Positions 51,111 to 63,688 of a stretch of DNA of 64,000 nt are shown piece after piece (positions within the stretch are counted from its first letter, which is position 1; the number at the start of each line of letters is the position of its first letter). The notes beneath the pieces are model-generated. The model had not been told where the DNA came from. It saw nothing but the letters and a program-made list of their open reading frames with translations, and ran no database searches. The position numbers and the translations under genes are program-made. The DNA is from Camelus dromedarius (Eukaryota), in contig NC_087447.1 of the NCBI RefSeq assembly GCF_036321535.1, positions 43,402,001 through 43,466,000 of the forward strand. The letters are read 5' to 3'.

Positions 51111-51490
51111 TGAATTTGGATGCAGTGAAGACTGTAACTTTGCCAGTGCCAATCTTTCCCCAAGGCAACACAGTCATCATGATCTGAAGGCAGATCTTCT
51201 GGGTCATCAGGACGGGATAGTGCAGTGGTTGGGAATGGCAGCATAACGGTCATAGGACATGGTAGCCAGGATGAAGCAGTTGTTGCCTCCCAAGGCAAAA
51301 AAGGAAAAAAAAGTCTGTGTGGCACATTCAGGAAGAGAAATGGTCCTACTCTCTGACAGCAAGTCCACCAATATGTGTGAGATAATTACCATAGAGATAC
51401 AGATTTCTGGAAAGGACAGACCACAGAGCAAATAGTGCTTGGGGTTGTGAAGGTTATAACTGAGACTGATGGCTACCACTATGGACAATT
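51110..51490 (-). pseudogene. Truncated, frameshifted OR family-10 fragment (TM1-TM4) flanked by L1 debris
   Basis: LHNPKHYLLCGLSFPEIC...TISLPECATQ...GGNNCFILATMSYDRYAAI, then a frameshift into MTQKICLQ. L1 sequence lies on both sides. Confidence 0.85.
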
Positions 51491-53115
51491 AATAACATAG
51501 AGAATAGAAAAAAATAGGGAAAGTGATTGAAAACAAAAGCTAGTTCTTTGAAAAGATCAACAAAACTGATAGATCTATAACTAGATTGACCAAGAAGAGA
51601 AGAGAGAAGAATGGCAAAATTATGGAGAGAGTAAAAAGATCAGTGGTTGTCAGAGGTTGTAGAGGTCGGATTGGGGATGAATAGGAATATCACAGGAGAT
51701 TTTTAGGACATTAAAAATACTCTTTATGACAGTGTAATGATGGCTACATGTCATCATACATTTGTCCAAACCCATAGAATGTACAACATCTAGTGTGAAT
51801 CTTAAGGTAAACTATGGACTTTGGGTGACTATGATATGACATTGTAGGTTCATTTTTGGTAACAAATGTACCACTCTTGTGGGAGATGTTGATAACGTTG
51901 GAGGCTATTCACGTGTAGGGCCTTAGGGGATATGGGAAATCTCTGTACCTTCCTTCCAATTTGCAGGGAACCTAAACTTGCTCTAAGGAAGTAAAGTCTT
52001 TTTAAAAAAAGAGAGAGGAAGAGAGAGAGAGACAAGATTCAAATAGCTAGAATTGGAAATGAAAGAGATGACATTACTATCATCTTACTGAAATAAAAAG
52101 ATTAGAACGCAGTACTGTGAAAAATAGTATGCCAATCCATCAAATAACTTAGATGAAATTGACAAATTCTTAGAAGCTATCAAAACTGACTTTTGAAAAT
52201 GGAGGTACTGGAGACTGAACCCAGGACCTCATGCATACTAAGCACGTGCTCTACCACTGAGCTATTCCCATCCCCAGGAGCTTTTTGATCGCTGATTCAA
52301 TTTTGTTACTAGCAATTGTTCTTTTCAGATTTTATGTTTCTTCCTGATTCACTCTTGGAAGATTGTATGTTTCTAGCAATTTTTCATTTCTTCTAGGTTG
52401 TCCACTTTGGGTGTATAACTGTAGTATTCTGTCACGATTTTGTTTCTGTAACATTGGTTGTAACTCCTCCTTTTTCATTTTCAGTTTTATCTATTTGGGC
52501 CCTCTTTTTTTAATGAGTCTGGCTAAAGTTTTATCAATTTAGTTCATCTTTTCAGAGAACCAACTCTTAGTTTCATTGATACTTTTCTAATTTTTTTGGT
52601 CCCTATTTATTTAGTTCCAATCTGATATTTATTGTTTCCTTCCTTCTCCCTGCTTTGAGCTTTGTTTCTTCTGCTTTTTCTGATTTCTCTAGGCAGAAGG
52701 TTAGGTTGTTTATTTGAGATTTTTCTCTTTTCCCGAGGTATGCCTGTATCACTATAAACTTCCTTATTAGAACTGTATTTGCTGTGTCCCACAGATTTTG
52801 GAAAGTTGTGTTTCTGTTTTCAGTCACTGCAAGGTATTTTTCGATATGCTTTTTGATTTCTTCATTGGCCCATTGGTTTTTCAGTAGCATGTTGTTTAGC
52901 CTCCATTTGTTTGTGGTTTTTTTGCAGTTGTGTTAGTTGATTTCTAATCTCATAATGTTGTGGTTGGAAAAGATGCTTGTCATGATTTCAATCTTCTAAA
53001 ATTTATGAAGACTTGTTTTGTAGACTAGCATGGGATCTATCCTGGAGAAAGTTCCACGTGCATTTGAAAAGAATGCTCTTTTTGGTTGGACTGTTCTGTA
53101 GGAAAATCTATTAAG
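51490..53115. mobile_element. L1 mosaic: sense ORF2 pieces (51490-51611, 52030-52190), a nested L1MC 3' end (51612-52010) and antisense ORF2 (52278-53115)
   Basis: gctagttctttgaaaagatcaacaaaactgata. ORF 52603-52890 (LLKNQWANEEIK...TTFQNLWDTA) is L1 ORF2-like. Confidence 0.85.
52195..52275 (-). mobile_element. Vic-1-type SINE (tRNA-like head only)
   Basis: ggaggtactggagactgaacccaggacctcatgcatactaagcacgtgctctaccactgagctat. Confidence 0.85.
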
Positions 53116-55091
53116 CTTAGTCCTTAAGTTGATATAGTAAACTGAGAACCAATATTTAGCTCTGAGACAATTTATTATATTATAGCTCCAATAATTACCA
53201 AATGCAAGTGCACCAACAACTAGATAAAAACAGCAGAAAACCCTTAATCACTTGAGAACTGACAGAACCCTTAAAGATGAGTTATATTTGTGTGAGGTGA
53301 ACTGCTCAATAGTCACTTGAGAATGCTATAATGACCCTTGGTGTTTTTGAATTCACATTTGGATCTCTAGAATCTTCAGAGATTTATCCTCAAAGGCAAA
53401 CAATAACAAGACAGCATGGCTGTTATATTACAACAATGACTTTGAACTTATTACTGTAAGACGAATGAATTCTCATTTCAAGAGGTAAGATTTTTGGCTT
53501 TTGTGTTCATCAGTTGTACTGATTTTCAATAACCATTTGAAAACAACTTTTTTCTAAAGTTATACCTGTACTCACAAGCCAAAGTGGAGAAACAGGGCAG
53601 ACGCTATCCAGCAGTCAGCTAGCAAGTAACTTTAGCTGAATTAACCTAACTTTCTATAGCCTACCTAGTATATAAAGAGCCATACTTCAAGTTACCTGGA
53701 TTCCTCATTTTTCCACTCATAAGACCAGAAATTCACATGTTTTTAAATGATATTTAAACTTGGTACTCAGCCAATAAGTGTTATAAAATTCACTAGCCTT
53801 AAGATGCTTTGGAGACGTAATGTTTGTAAATATCTTGGAAAGACTTCCTTTGTGTATCATTCGGAAAGCTTAAGCTTACAGGAAACCAGAGATTTGGGGA
53901 AAAGTTGAGAATGTAAAGCCAGAAAACTTGGAGATAAATTTCAACCTGGCAACTTGCTGGGTGAACCTGGGTAACTTCTTAACTTTTTAAGCTGGAACTT
54001 TATTCAGCTGTATATTATGTAGAAACTAATATCATTTTGTGGTATAGTATACCAATTTGAAAACATTATTACGTTAGGAAATAGTCAGATTTGTTTGAAT
54101 GAATGTAGTCTAATTATGTCTTGATATTAAACATATAACATTTTGCACAGTAATTAGATTGATATTTCAAACTAATTGAGAAAACAATGACAAATTATAA
54201 ATGTTAAATAAATGTAATAAGTTTACAATAGCTGATTTTATTCATAACCTTATTTTGAAATTCCTTTCTGTTTCTTTTTATCCTTTTAAGAAAATTGTAT
54301 TTCTCTTTTTAAAAACACGGTCTTGTTTTACTGATAGAAATTGTAAACTTTGTGATGAATGAGGCACCTCTTTTATACATTATCTGTCAGAAAGTAGAAA
54401 GATAATTTGTTATCCATCCATTTCCAAGAGATTTGATTTCATCATAGTATAATCTAATTTCATTTATAGCACAGTTACTAAAGGAATGGACTGCATTCAA
54501 ACTACCTGAGATTCACATCTTGATTCTACCATTTTCTATGCCAAAGTCAGTTTCATCATCTATAAATGAGATAAAAATACTTAATACTATTTCATATAAA
54601 TTAAAATACAACTGTATACATACAATTCTTAATTCAAGGCCTGTCATTAAGTAAATATTCAATGTTAGCTATTAGTCAGTCTCCATTACATAATCTTTTA
54701 TTTATACCTTTAAAGTTTTTGTTATACTGACCATTCTAATTATTCTCATAAACTTTGTTTTTAATCTTTAGCTTCAATGACTCTTTAAGTACATTTGATA
54801 CACATATAATATAAATAGAAAAAAGATATAAATTATTTGAAGCAGGTTTTCCAGTATTACTGCTGAAATAATTTTTTAAAATATAGAATACTTATTATAT
54901 ATATGAATGAAATTTTCTACTCTAAAATATATACAAATATATATAAAGTATAAAAAATTAGTCCAAACCTAGCTCCAATATTTGTTTATAATATCTTCTA
55001 TGTGTATTAACAAAAAAGAAACAATCGAATTTAAAATTTCTTTAATGTAATGTCTTGTCACAGGTTAACTTTAGAGGAGCTACATTATTTC

Positions 55092-56021
55092 ATGGATTCC
55101 CTGGGAGATGGGAACCACACTGCAGTGACAGAGTTCATTTTACTGGGCTTAACAAATGACTCAGTCCTTCGAATCATCCTCTACATGATCATCCTATGTA
55201 TCTACCTGGTGACCATATCTGGCAATCTCAGCACAATCATTCTTATCAGAATCTCTTCTCAGCTCCACCATCCTATGTACTTTTTCCTGAGCCACTTGGC
55301 CTTTGCTGACATGGGCTATTCATCTTCTGTCACACCCAATATGCTCGTAAACTTCCTGGTGGAGACAAATACCATCTCCTATCATGGATGTGCCATTCAG
55401 CTTGGTTCCGTCGTTTTCTTTGGGTCAACTGAGTTCTTCCTTCTGGCTGCCATGGCATATGACCGCTTCATGGCAATCTGCAACCCACTGCTTTATTCCA
55501 CCAAAATGTCCACACAAGTCTGTGTTCAGTTACTTGCAGCGTCTTATGTAGGTGGCTTTCTCAATGCTTGCTCTTTTACTATTTGCTTCTATTCTTTACT
55601 CTTCTGTGGACCAAATCGAGTCAATCATTTTTTCTGTGATTTTGCTCCTTTGGTTGAGCTCTCCTGTTCTGACATCAGTGTCCCTGCAGTTGTCCCCTCA
55701 TTTACATCTGGCTTCGTCACTGTGGTCACACTGTTTGTCATAGCCATCTCCTACATCTACATCCTCATAACCGTCCTGAAGATGCGCTCCACCAAGGGGT
55801 ACCACAAAGCCTTCTCCACCTGCATGTCCCACCTCACAGTGGTCACTCTATTTTATGGGACCATCACATTCATTTACATGATGCCCAAGTCCAGCTTCTC
55901 CACTGACCAGAACAAGGCAGTGTCTGTGTTGTACATGGTGGTGATCCCCATGTTGAATCCCCTGATTTACAGTCTGAGGAACAGTGAGATGAAGGGGGCC
56001 CTGAAGAGAGCACTTTGTTAA
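55092..56021 (+). CDS. Olfactory receptor OR5P2-like, 309 aa, all 7 TM regions present; extreme C-terminus and stop codon derived from L1
   Basis: [75 protein letters not shown]. Acceptor ttgtcacAG at 55062-55063 precedes the ATG at 55092. OR5P paralogs are numerous, so exact orthology is uncertain. Confidence 0.9.
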   Translation: MDSLGDGNHTAVTEFILLGLTNDSVLRIILYMIILCIYLVTISGNLSTIILIRISSQLHHPMYFFLSHLAFADMGYSSSVTPNMLVNFLVETNTISYHGCAIQLGSVVFFGSTEFFLLAAMAYDRFMAICNPLLYSTKMSTQVCVQLLAASYVGGFLNACSFTICFYSLLFCGPNRVNHFFCDFAPLVELSCSDISVPAVVPSFTSGFVTVVTLFVIAISYIYILITVLKMRSTKGYHKAFSTCMSHLTVVTLFYGTITFIYMMPKSSFSTDQNKAVSVLYMVVIPMLNPLIYSLRNSEMKGALKRALC

Positions 56022-57696
56022 AAACTTCTAACGTCTCACTCTGTGCATCCATTCTCCGAGTTATTTGATCTTTACAATCATTACTCTGAACTCTTTCTTG
56101 GGTAGATTGCTTATCTCTACCTCAGTTAGTTCTTCTGGAGTTTTATCTTGTCCCTTCGTCTGAAACACATTCCTCTGCTGCCTCATTTTGTCTGAGTTGC
56201 TATTTATATTTTTATGTATGTGGTAGTAAGTTAGTTTTGTTTCTTGACCTTGGAGCAGTGGCCCTCTGTAGGGGGCATCCTATGTGTCCCAGCAGTGTGC
56301 TCCCCTCTCATCACCCAAGCCATATGCTCTAGGGGTTCCCCCTAAGAGGGCCGCATGGGTCCTTCTGTTGTGATGGGCTATGTGGGTGGTCTGGTAGCTT
56401 TGGTCGGCCCCTAGCCTAGTTGGTTGTGTGGATGCTACTGGCTGCAGTTTAGAGGGGGCTGGTTAGTAGTGAAATCCTAGGGAACCCTGGGGCTAGTGCT
56501 GGTTCACTGGTGGGTGGAGTCAGAGTCCCAAAGATTGTGGGTCTGCTGCCCACTCACTGGCTGGTGAAACCACATCCTTAGTGCCAGAAAAATGGTAGGC
56601 AGGGCTGGTTCCTGGCAGAGCTGCAGGGCCCAGGGATCCCAGACCTCGCTGCAGATCATTGGTGGCGGTCCAGTCCTTGACACCGCTGAGTATGGAGTCT
56701 AGGGTGTCCCGAAGGTTGCACTGGCCTGCTAGTGGGCAGGGCCAGGGCCCAGCTGGTCCCAGCATAGGGTCCGGCTTGCTGTTGGTGGGCTCAGTCCCGC
56801 GAGATTTCTGCTTCTAGTGTCGACACCGGGGTGGGTGAGGCGGGTCTAGAGGCTTGTGCAGGCTTCCTGGAGGGAAGAGCCGGTGCCTGCCCACTGGTGA
56901 GTGGAGCCGGGTCTTGGCCCTCTGGTGGGCAGGGCCGTGTGTAGGCAGAGGCCTTGGAGGGTGGGCTCTGAAAGCCTGTAGGCTGCCTGTCTGGGTGCGG
57001 TGGGGCTGAGTGCTGAGTTGGGCGCTTGGCCTGCGGCGTCTCAGCGCCGCACCTGGGGGCTGCGGGGCGGGGCCGGGAAGGTTTTCAAAATGGCGCCGCC
57101 AAGCCGGACGCCAGCACCGGCGTCCTCGCAGTACGGGTAGCTCCCGGGGATGCTGCCGCCAGTGTCCCGGCCCCAGGGTGAGCCTCGGCTGAAGCCCCCG
57201 CCTCTCCGGGAGTCTCTCCAAGACCGGCAGGTAGGTCTGGCCCAGGCTCCTATCAAATTACTGCTTTTGCCCTCCAGCCCGGTTTGCGCGTGGGATTTAG
57301 TGTGCGCCCATTAACAGTGAAGTCTGTTTCTCTGGGTCTTGTGGGGCTCCTGCAGTTAAGTCCCGCTGGCCTTCAAAGCCAAATGCTCTGGGGGTTCCCC
57401 TTCCCAGTGCCGGACCCCCGAGTTGGGGAGCCTGACACGGGGCTCAGAACTCACACCTGTGGGAAAACGTCTGCAAGATAATTATTCTCCAGGTTGTGCG
57501 TCACCCACCTGGGGGGATGGGGTTTGCTTATATCTCGAGTTCACCCTTGGTACCCGGCTTGTTGTGGTTCCTTCTTTTCTGGTATGTTCCAGTCTTTTTA
57601 ATCTATGGTTGTTGTGCAGTTAGTTGTGACTTTGGTGTGCTCGTGAGAGTAAGTGATCTCTGGGTTTTTCTACTCCACCATCTTGGCTGTGCTCCC
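56013..57696 (-). mobile_element. L1 5' UTR plus the start of ORF1; 3'-truncated
   Basis: Minus strand starts gggagcacagCCAAGATGGTGGagtag (decayed YY1-type L1 5' end). ORF1 ATG at 56186 gives MRQQRNVFQTKGQDKTPEELTEVEISNLPKKEFRVMIVKIK* and, after a frameshift, [13 protein letters not shown]. Confidence 0.9.
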
Positions 57697-58699
57697 TAAT
57701 TTTGCAATGACCTTTGAAATCGGCTCTTGTTTTTCTGAGAAGACTACTTGCCTTTTCCTTTGTGCTTGATCTAGTTTCACTTGCTTACTGAGGGCCACAT
57801 GCAGAGGCCTCGTACCTGGCCCTTCAGACCAGAGTTCCTGGTGCGAAATGGCTGCGCCAACACCTCTGCGTGATGGTGAAGAGAGGGCTTGCTAGAAAAA
57901 TAATTTATTAATTAATTTGTAATTTTTCTCGGTATTTGATATAATGATATACCATAAAATAATAAAAGGACGAAGAGTGTCTGTGGTCAAAATATATTGA
58001 TCTATATGTCATCAGCCAATGTGGAGCCTCTTAGTAAAGGTAGGGGGTAGATTGTCTGATATCAAACAGTAAATCAGAGACCTATAGTGAGTTACCATTA
58101 AATAATGAAATTTAATTTTTGATTAGTAACACAAATTGGTTAACATGAAAAAATAATCTGCAGAAAAAAGTTTATTTGTCTTTTCATAAGTTGTACTCTG
58201 CTGTAAGTTAAAGTTATTGTACCTCCAAATCTTTAAGACTGTGTCCATTTCAACAGCAGCTTTTCCTGGAATGAGTATGATAGTTATAGTTGTGATTGAG
58301 TACGTTCTAGGGGGAAATGACCAAGTGGAGCCGGATAGTAAAATGACTGGAGACGTTCCTCTTGCATGGTTATCTGTGGGCGATGGGCTTTTTGGAACCA
58401 TAAATGCTGTGTTCCTAATCTGGTCCAGCCTACTTATGAGAGACTTCTAAAAGGAACAGAATGAGGTGCCCCTGACCAAACCAACTATGAATTCTTCTGT
58501 CAGGTCAAAACAGCTGACTTCTCTGTGAAAACAAGCAGGATTCCTGAACTCCTAGGGACTGAGTAAACAAGCTCTTTAAGTGATTTGTTCATGGTCAGAC
58601 GCACATCCTGTTAAGGAAGCTTGAGGGAGCCAGACTGTGTTTCCCTGTGAAGTTTAATTTACCTCTATATACTGATGACTACATGACTACTGTGTTTAT

Positions 58700-60160
58700 T
58701 TCTCTTTCCTTGTCCTCTAAGTAGTACTTCCAACAAAAATATTTTTGTCTGTTGAATCTCAAGCACAAATTGTCTAAAACTAAAGTAATTATCTCCTTCC
58801 ACCCCTAACTTGCTCCCCTCCAATATTCCATATCCCAATAAGGGGCACCATCATTCAATCAGCATACTGATTAGAAACCTGAGGGTAATTTATTTTTCTC
58901 CCTCCACATGACTGCATCAGTGTCAGTCTTCTACATTCTGAGTCCAAGATTTTTGTCCCATGTCTCTTCATTTTCATTGTCAGCACTTTTATTTCCAGTA
59001 CCACCTTATCCATTTATTTTTCAAAAGTACTCCTGTAATAGCTAATTTTATGTGTAGGCTTGGCTATTTACACATTTATTTTACAGTTGTACTCTGGTAA
59101 TAGCTATTTTTATATGTCAGCTTGGCTAGGCTACAGTGACCAGTTGTTTGGTCAAACATCAGTCTAGACATTGCTGGGAAGGTATTTTTAAGATGTGATG
59201 AACATTTAAATCATTAGACTTTGAATAAAGCAGATTACTGTCCGTAATGTGGGTGGCCCTCGTCCAAACAAGTTGAAAGGCTTAAGAGAAAAAAACTTAA
59301 GCCTCCTGAAAAAGAGGAATTCTGTCCCCAGGCTTCCTTTGGATTCAAGACTGTGACATCAGTTCTTACTGGAATTTCCAATCTCATGGACTGACCTGTG
59401 GGTTTTGGAGTTGCCAGCTCCCATAATTGTGTGAGCCAGTTCCCTTAAAAGAACAGCAAAAACAACAAGATCATAGTGGTTCTGTGTCTCTGGAGAATCC
59501 TAGCTGATACAACTCTAACCAGCTTTCCCCTCCTCTCGTGCTGTCATCTTAAAACTCATTCCCCATATACCAACTATGGCATAAATCTAAATAGATTAGT
59601 TCCTTTGTTAATATCCCCCAAAGACCTTGAATAAAGGACAAAATTCTTAATATGGCTTATAAAATCCTGAACGTGGCTCCTGTTTTATTTCTGTCTCTCA
59701 GCACTCTTCCCTCATTTTCCAAACTCCCAAACTCTAGGTATCCTGATCTTCTTTTAAAATCTTCAGTATATGCATATTCTTTGCTACCTCAGGACCCTCT
59801 TACAGGCAGGACCTCTACCTGAATGCTTTTTCCCATCACTTGGATAATACCTACTTATGCTATAGGTACCAACCTAAACCTTGTTTCCCGAAGTCTTTGA
59901 ATCCTTCTTGAGTCTCCAGACCAAATTAAGTACACCTGTTATCCCCTGTAGACTGCTGCATATTTTTTTTTCAGAATGCTCAGTGCACTCGCAGCTACAG
60001 ATTCAGTATTTAGTTTCTCCAAATGCTGGAAGCTTCATATATGTACCTTGAATGTCTTTCTTTCTCTTTGTGTCTGATTTTTACACTGTTCCTGGAACAC
60101 AGGGCACATAAATGTATATTTGAAATGTATGAATGAGAAATTAACAAGTGGATGAATGAA
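58700..60160 (+). mobile_element. L2 LINE, interrupted by an MLT2 LTR
   Basis: ggcaccatcattcaatcagc...; aaattcttaatatggcttataaaatcctg...; ends gaatgaatgaa-like near 60150. Confidence 0.65.
59035..59511 (+). mobile_element. ERVL LTR (MLT2D-like) with a duplicated 5' tip
   Basis: ttttatatgtcagcttggctaggctacag...ttggtcaaacatcagtctagacattgctg...ggttctgtgtctctggagaatcctagctgataca. Confidence 0.82.
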
Positions 60161-60794
60161 GTTTTTGGTCTAGCATGAACCACTGACTTGGCTGCCTGTG
60201 AATCTGCTGCATGTCAACATGATTCAGGTGATTGAATGTTTGTGTCAGATCCTGCTACACCTGTGACAGACTTTTACACAAACCCATGCTCTCCACAATT
60301 ACACCTCTGCCTTGACACTGTTTAACTCAGATTGGCAACTAGAATCTTAGCCTAGTTTAGTGAAAGCTATGTAATCACCCTTTGCTGAATAATGTCTCGC
60401 TTATGTCTTTGCATATTTGGAGAGCTAGCAGATGTAGAAGTCAAATGTTAGTAAGAGTAGAAGGAGCAGTAGAAGAGTGTTTGCAATAGGAGCTAGCAAT
60501 GTGGGATTGTCTACACCTTCCAGCTACTGTTTACAGTGATTCACAAGTAGTGACCCAGTCAATCTGCAGAATAATCCTAAAAGGTTTTATTTTTATTCAT
60601 ATTTTATAGAAGATGTAACTGAAGCATGTAAAGGTTAAGCAAAAGCTCAAGGTCACAAATATCCTCTTAGTACTCTGACTTCTTTTAAGGTATATACCCT
60701 TTGTGGAGGGGGTGGAATGAGGGGACCTTTGGGATACTTCACTAGAGGATTTTCATTTGTCTGTGACATATTTCATTCTAGCCACCCCTTTCTG

Positions 60795-61103
60795 TTTTTT
60801 TTTTTTTAATGTATTTTTATTGACGTACAATCCGTTTACAATGCTGTGTCAGTTTCTGGTGTACAGCACAATACTTCAGTCACATAGGAACATACATACA
60901 TTCATTCTTGTATTCTTCTTCACCATAGGTTATAAGATTTTGAATATGGTCCCCTGTGCTATACATTATAAACTTGTTTATCTATTTTATGTATATTAGT
61001 TTGTATCTGCAAATTTTGAACTTGCAGTTTATCCCTCCCCCACACCAGGTAACCATCAGTTTGTTTTCTATGTCTGTGAGTCTGTTTCTGTTTTGTAAAT
61101 AAG
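60795..61103 (-). mobile_element. Artiodactyl-type L1 3' end with TSD
   Basis: Poly-T followed by ttacaatgctgtgtcagtttctggtgtacagc. TSD ttcattctagcca(c/a)ccc(t)ttctgt. Confidence 0.88.
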
Positions 61104-61244
61104 TTCATTCTAGCCAACCCCTTCTGTCCAAAGTAAATATGCAGACATCTACACCTGGATATGTCAGGCAAACCAGTATTAGACCAACTTTCTATGAAAA
61201 TAAGAAGCTGGAAAAATATTGTTAAATGTTTGAAGGCATAGACT

Positions 61245-63400
61245 TCTGGTTTCATTGAAGATGAAGTTGCTCTACTCCCCTCAGGCCCTCCCTATTATTA
61301 TTAAAAACACCCCTAGATATAACAACAAACAAACGTAAGAAAGTTCTAAAAAGGACAGAGAAGAAGGCAGACTCGAGGGACACTGGACCTGAGGAAATCA
61401 CATAGTAGTGAGTCCTTGCATTTTCTTATTGCTTCCCCATATCCTGGATGGGATGCTGCACAAGCCTTCAACTCAGAACCACCAAGAGACACAGACCAAA
61501 AGAAGTCTGTTCCTCCTAGCCAAAACACTGGGAAAAGGGTGGCCTTCACGGAACAGAAAACCTTTGGCAGTATCATTCCTACTCCAGACAAACACTAATG
61601 GAAAAACCATACCTGTCTCCCACCCCAGGACTCATTTGGGCCAGGCAGGGAGCGATTCTTTACCACACCCACCCTTTGATTCCCCTGCCAGGGTATTGTC
61701 AGTGGGAAGGGGAAACAGGGCAGTGGGGGAGCTGAACTTCCATCTCACTCATCTGCAAGGAGGCAGTGGGAGACTCAGCACTCCATTTTTGCCAATAGTG
61801 TTAGTAGGGCTCAGCAGGAAGCTGAACATACACATCCACCTTGTAGTTGCAGTGACAGGGGGATGTCCTCTTAAAAAAGACTGAGACTGATCCAGAGTCT
61901 CATAGTATAATATTGCAAATGTCTCTGATGCAGTAAAAATCACCATCATACCAAGAACCGGAAAGATCACACTTTAATGAGAAAAGGCAGAATATGCCCA
62001 CACCAAGATGAAAAGGACATTGAAATTATCTGACAAGAATTTTAAGGCAGCTATCAAACAAATGCTTCAATAAGCAATCATTAATATTTTTGACACAAAT
62101 TTTAAAAAAATTTTAAAGAAACATAATTATGAAAAACAACCAAGGGGAATTTCCAGATTTGAAAAATACTATCAGTGAAGTTAAAAATCTGGCTGGATGA
62201 GCTCAATAGTAACATGGAGATGACAGAGGGTAGAATTAGTGAACTTGAAAGATGAGTAGAAATGCCTGATCTAAACAAAGAGAAAATGGATTTAAAAAAA
62301 AAAACAGAGCTACATGAATCTGTGAGACAATAAAAATTAGATAACATTCATATTTTGGGAGTCTCAGAAAAAAGGAGAAAGGGGACTGAATAAGTATTTT
62401 AAAAAATCATGACTGAAAACTTCCAAAATTTGGTGAAATACATAGAGCTACAGATTCAGGAAGCTGAGTTAATCTCAAACAGGTAGAGCCAAAGGGATCC
62501 ATATTAAGACATATCATAATTAAAGTTTTCAAAATTAAAATCAAAAAGAAGTCTTGAGATCACTCAGAGAGAAAGGACTTATTACTCACAGGGGGAAAAG
62601 CAATATGAAAGAAAGCGAATTTCTCATCTAAAACCATGAAGGCCAGAGGAAGTGGCATAATATTTTTCAAGTACTAAAAGCAAAGAATTTTCAAATGTAA
62701 GTTCTACATCTGGCAAAAATACCCTTCAGAAATGAAGGATAAATAAAGACATTTCAGTTGAAGGAAAGCTATGAGAATTTGTTCCTAACAAAACTACCTT
62801 TGGGTAACGGCTAAAGACATTCTCTAAACAGAAAGTAAATGATAATAAAAAGACCTGGAAACTCAGTATTTAAAAAATACATAGAAAAGAATGAAAATGA
62901 AAAAGTAACTTATGAAAACAAGTGAGATTCAGGTAAAGAAGTGCTGAGAGGAAAATTTGCAGCATTAACTGCTTACATAACTGAAGAGGAATGGTCCTAG
63001 AAAATATAATCTTGAAAGAGAAGAATAAAGTGGTGGGAATCACTCTACTGATACTGACTTAAGTAGCTGTAGTCATCAGGACACTGTGGTAGTGATGAAG
63101 GAATAGATACATAGATAATGAAACTGACTAGAAAACCTAGAGAAAGACCTAGAAGTATGCCCAACTGATTTTTTAAAAAGGTGCAGAAGGAATCTAATGA
63201 CAGAAGGAAAGCTTTTCAATAAAGAGTTCTGGAGCAATTGGATATCCATGGAGGGCGGAAACCACCTCAACCTAAAAATCACACCTTGTACAAGAATTTA
63301 CTCAAAATAGATCATGGAGTTCAATGTAAAATGTAGAACTATAAACTGTAAACCTTTAGAAGAAAAATAGAAATATTCAAGATACAGGACTAGTCAACTG
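61245..63400 (+). mobile_element. Old L1 (L1MC/MD-type): 5' UTR, decayed ORF1 and ORF2 pieces
   Basis: ORF1-like ggatgagctcaatagtaacatggagatgacagagggtagaattagtgaacttgaa; ORF2-like ttgaaagagaagaataaagtggtgggaatcact. Confidence 0.8.
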
Positions 63401-63688
63401 TAGTCCATAAACAGAAAGATTCATCCAACTGCTATTATGAAAATACTGTGTTCTGAAATGTGTTTTGATTTATTGCATGCTCATATGTATATATGTATAC
63501 ATACATGCATACACACTAACATATGTTTTAAAATATTTAAAATTGTATCCTGTTTGTACTGGGAAAATGGTGATGCCAAGACATATCAGGTGACTTGATA
63601 ATACTTTAAATGCTTTGTACACAAAGTGATGATTTTTATCAAAAGTACTCTACTTTTTCCACTTTCATTTTCCAGCAATCTGTAATTT

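Noticed and set aside
50689..51207. 172-aa minus-strand ORF
   Set aside because: Chance read-through from the OR pseudogene fragment into repeat-derived sequence.
55050..55091. N-terminal extensions in the ORF track (also 2360-2392 and 28132-28164)
   Set aside because: They cross splice acceptors or start at non-ATG codons. The downstream ATGs give canonical OR lengths.
56814..57221. 135-aa Pro/Arg-rich ORF and overlapping ORFs
   Set aside because: They lie in the GC-rich L1 5' UTR, where stop codons are rare. No recognisable domain.
56013..57696. Twin-priming (5' inversion) as the explanation for the antisense L1 piece
   Set aside because: No sense L1 3' segment, poly-A or TSD follows 57696, so a later deletion is simpler.
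58123..58450. Overlapping 92- and 77-aa ORFs in unique-looking DNA, possibly a processed pseudogene
   Set aside because: No frame resembled a protein I recognise and no poly-A/TSD is evident. BLASTx would settle it.
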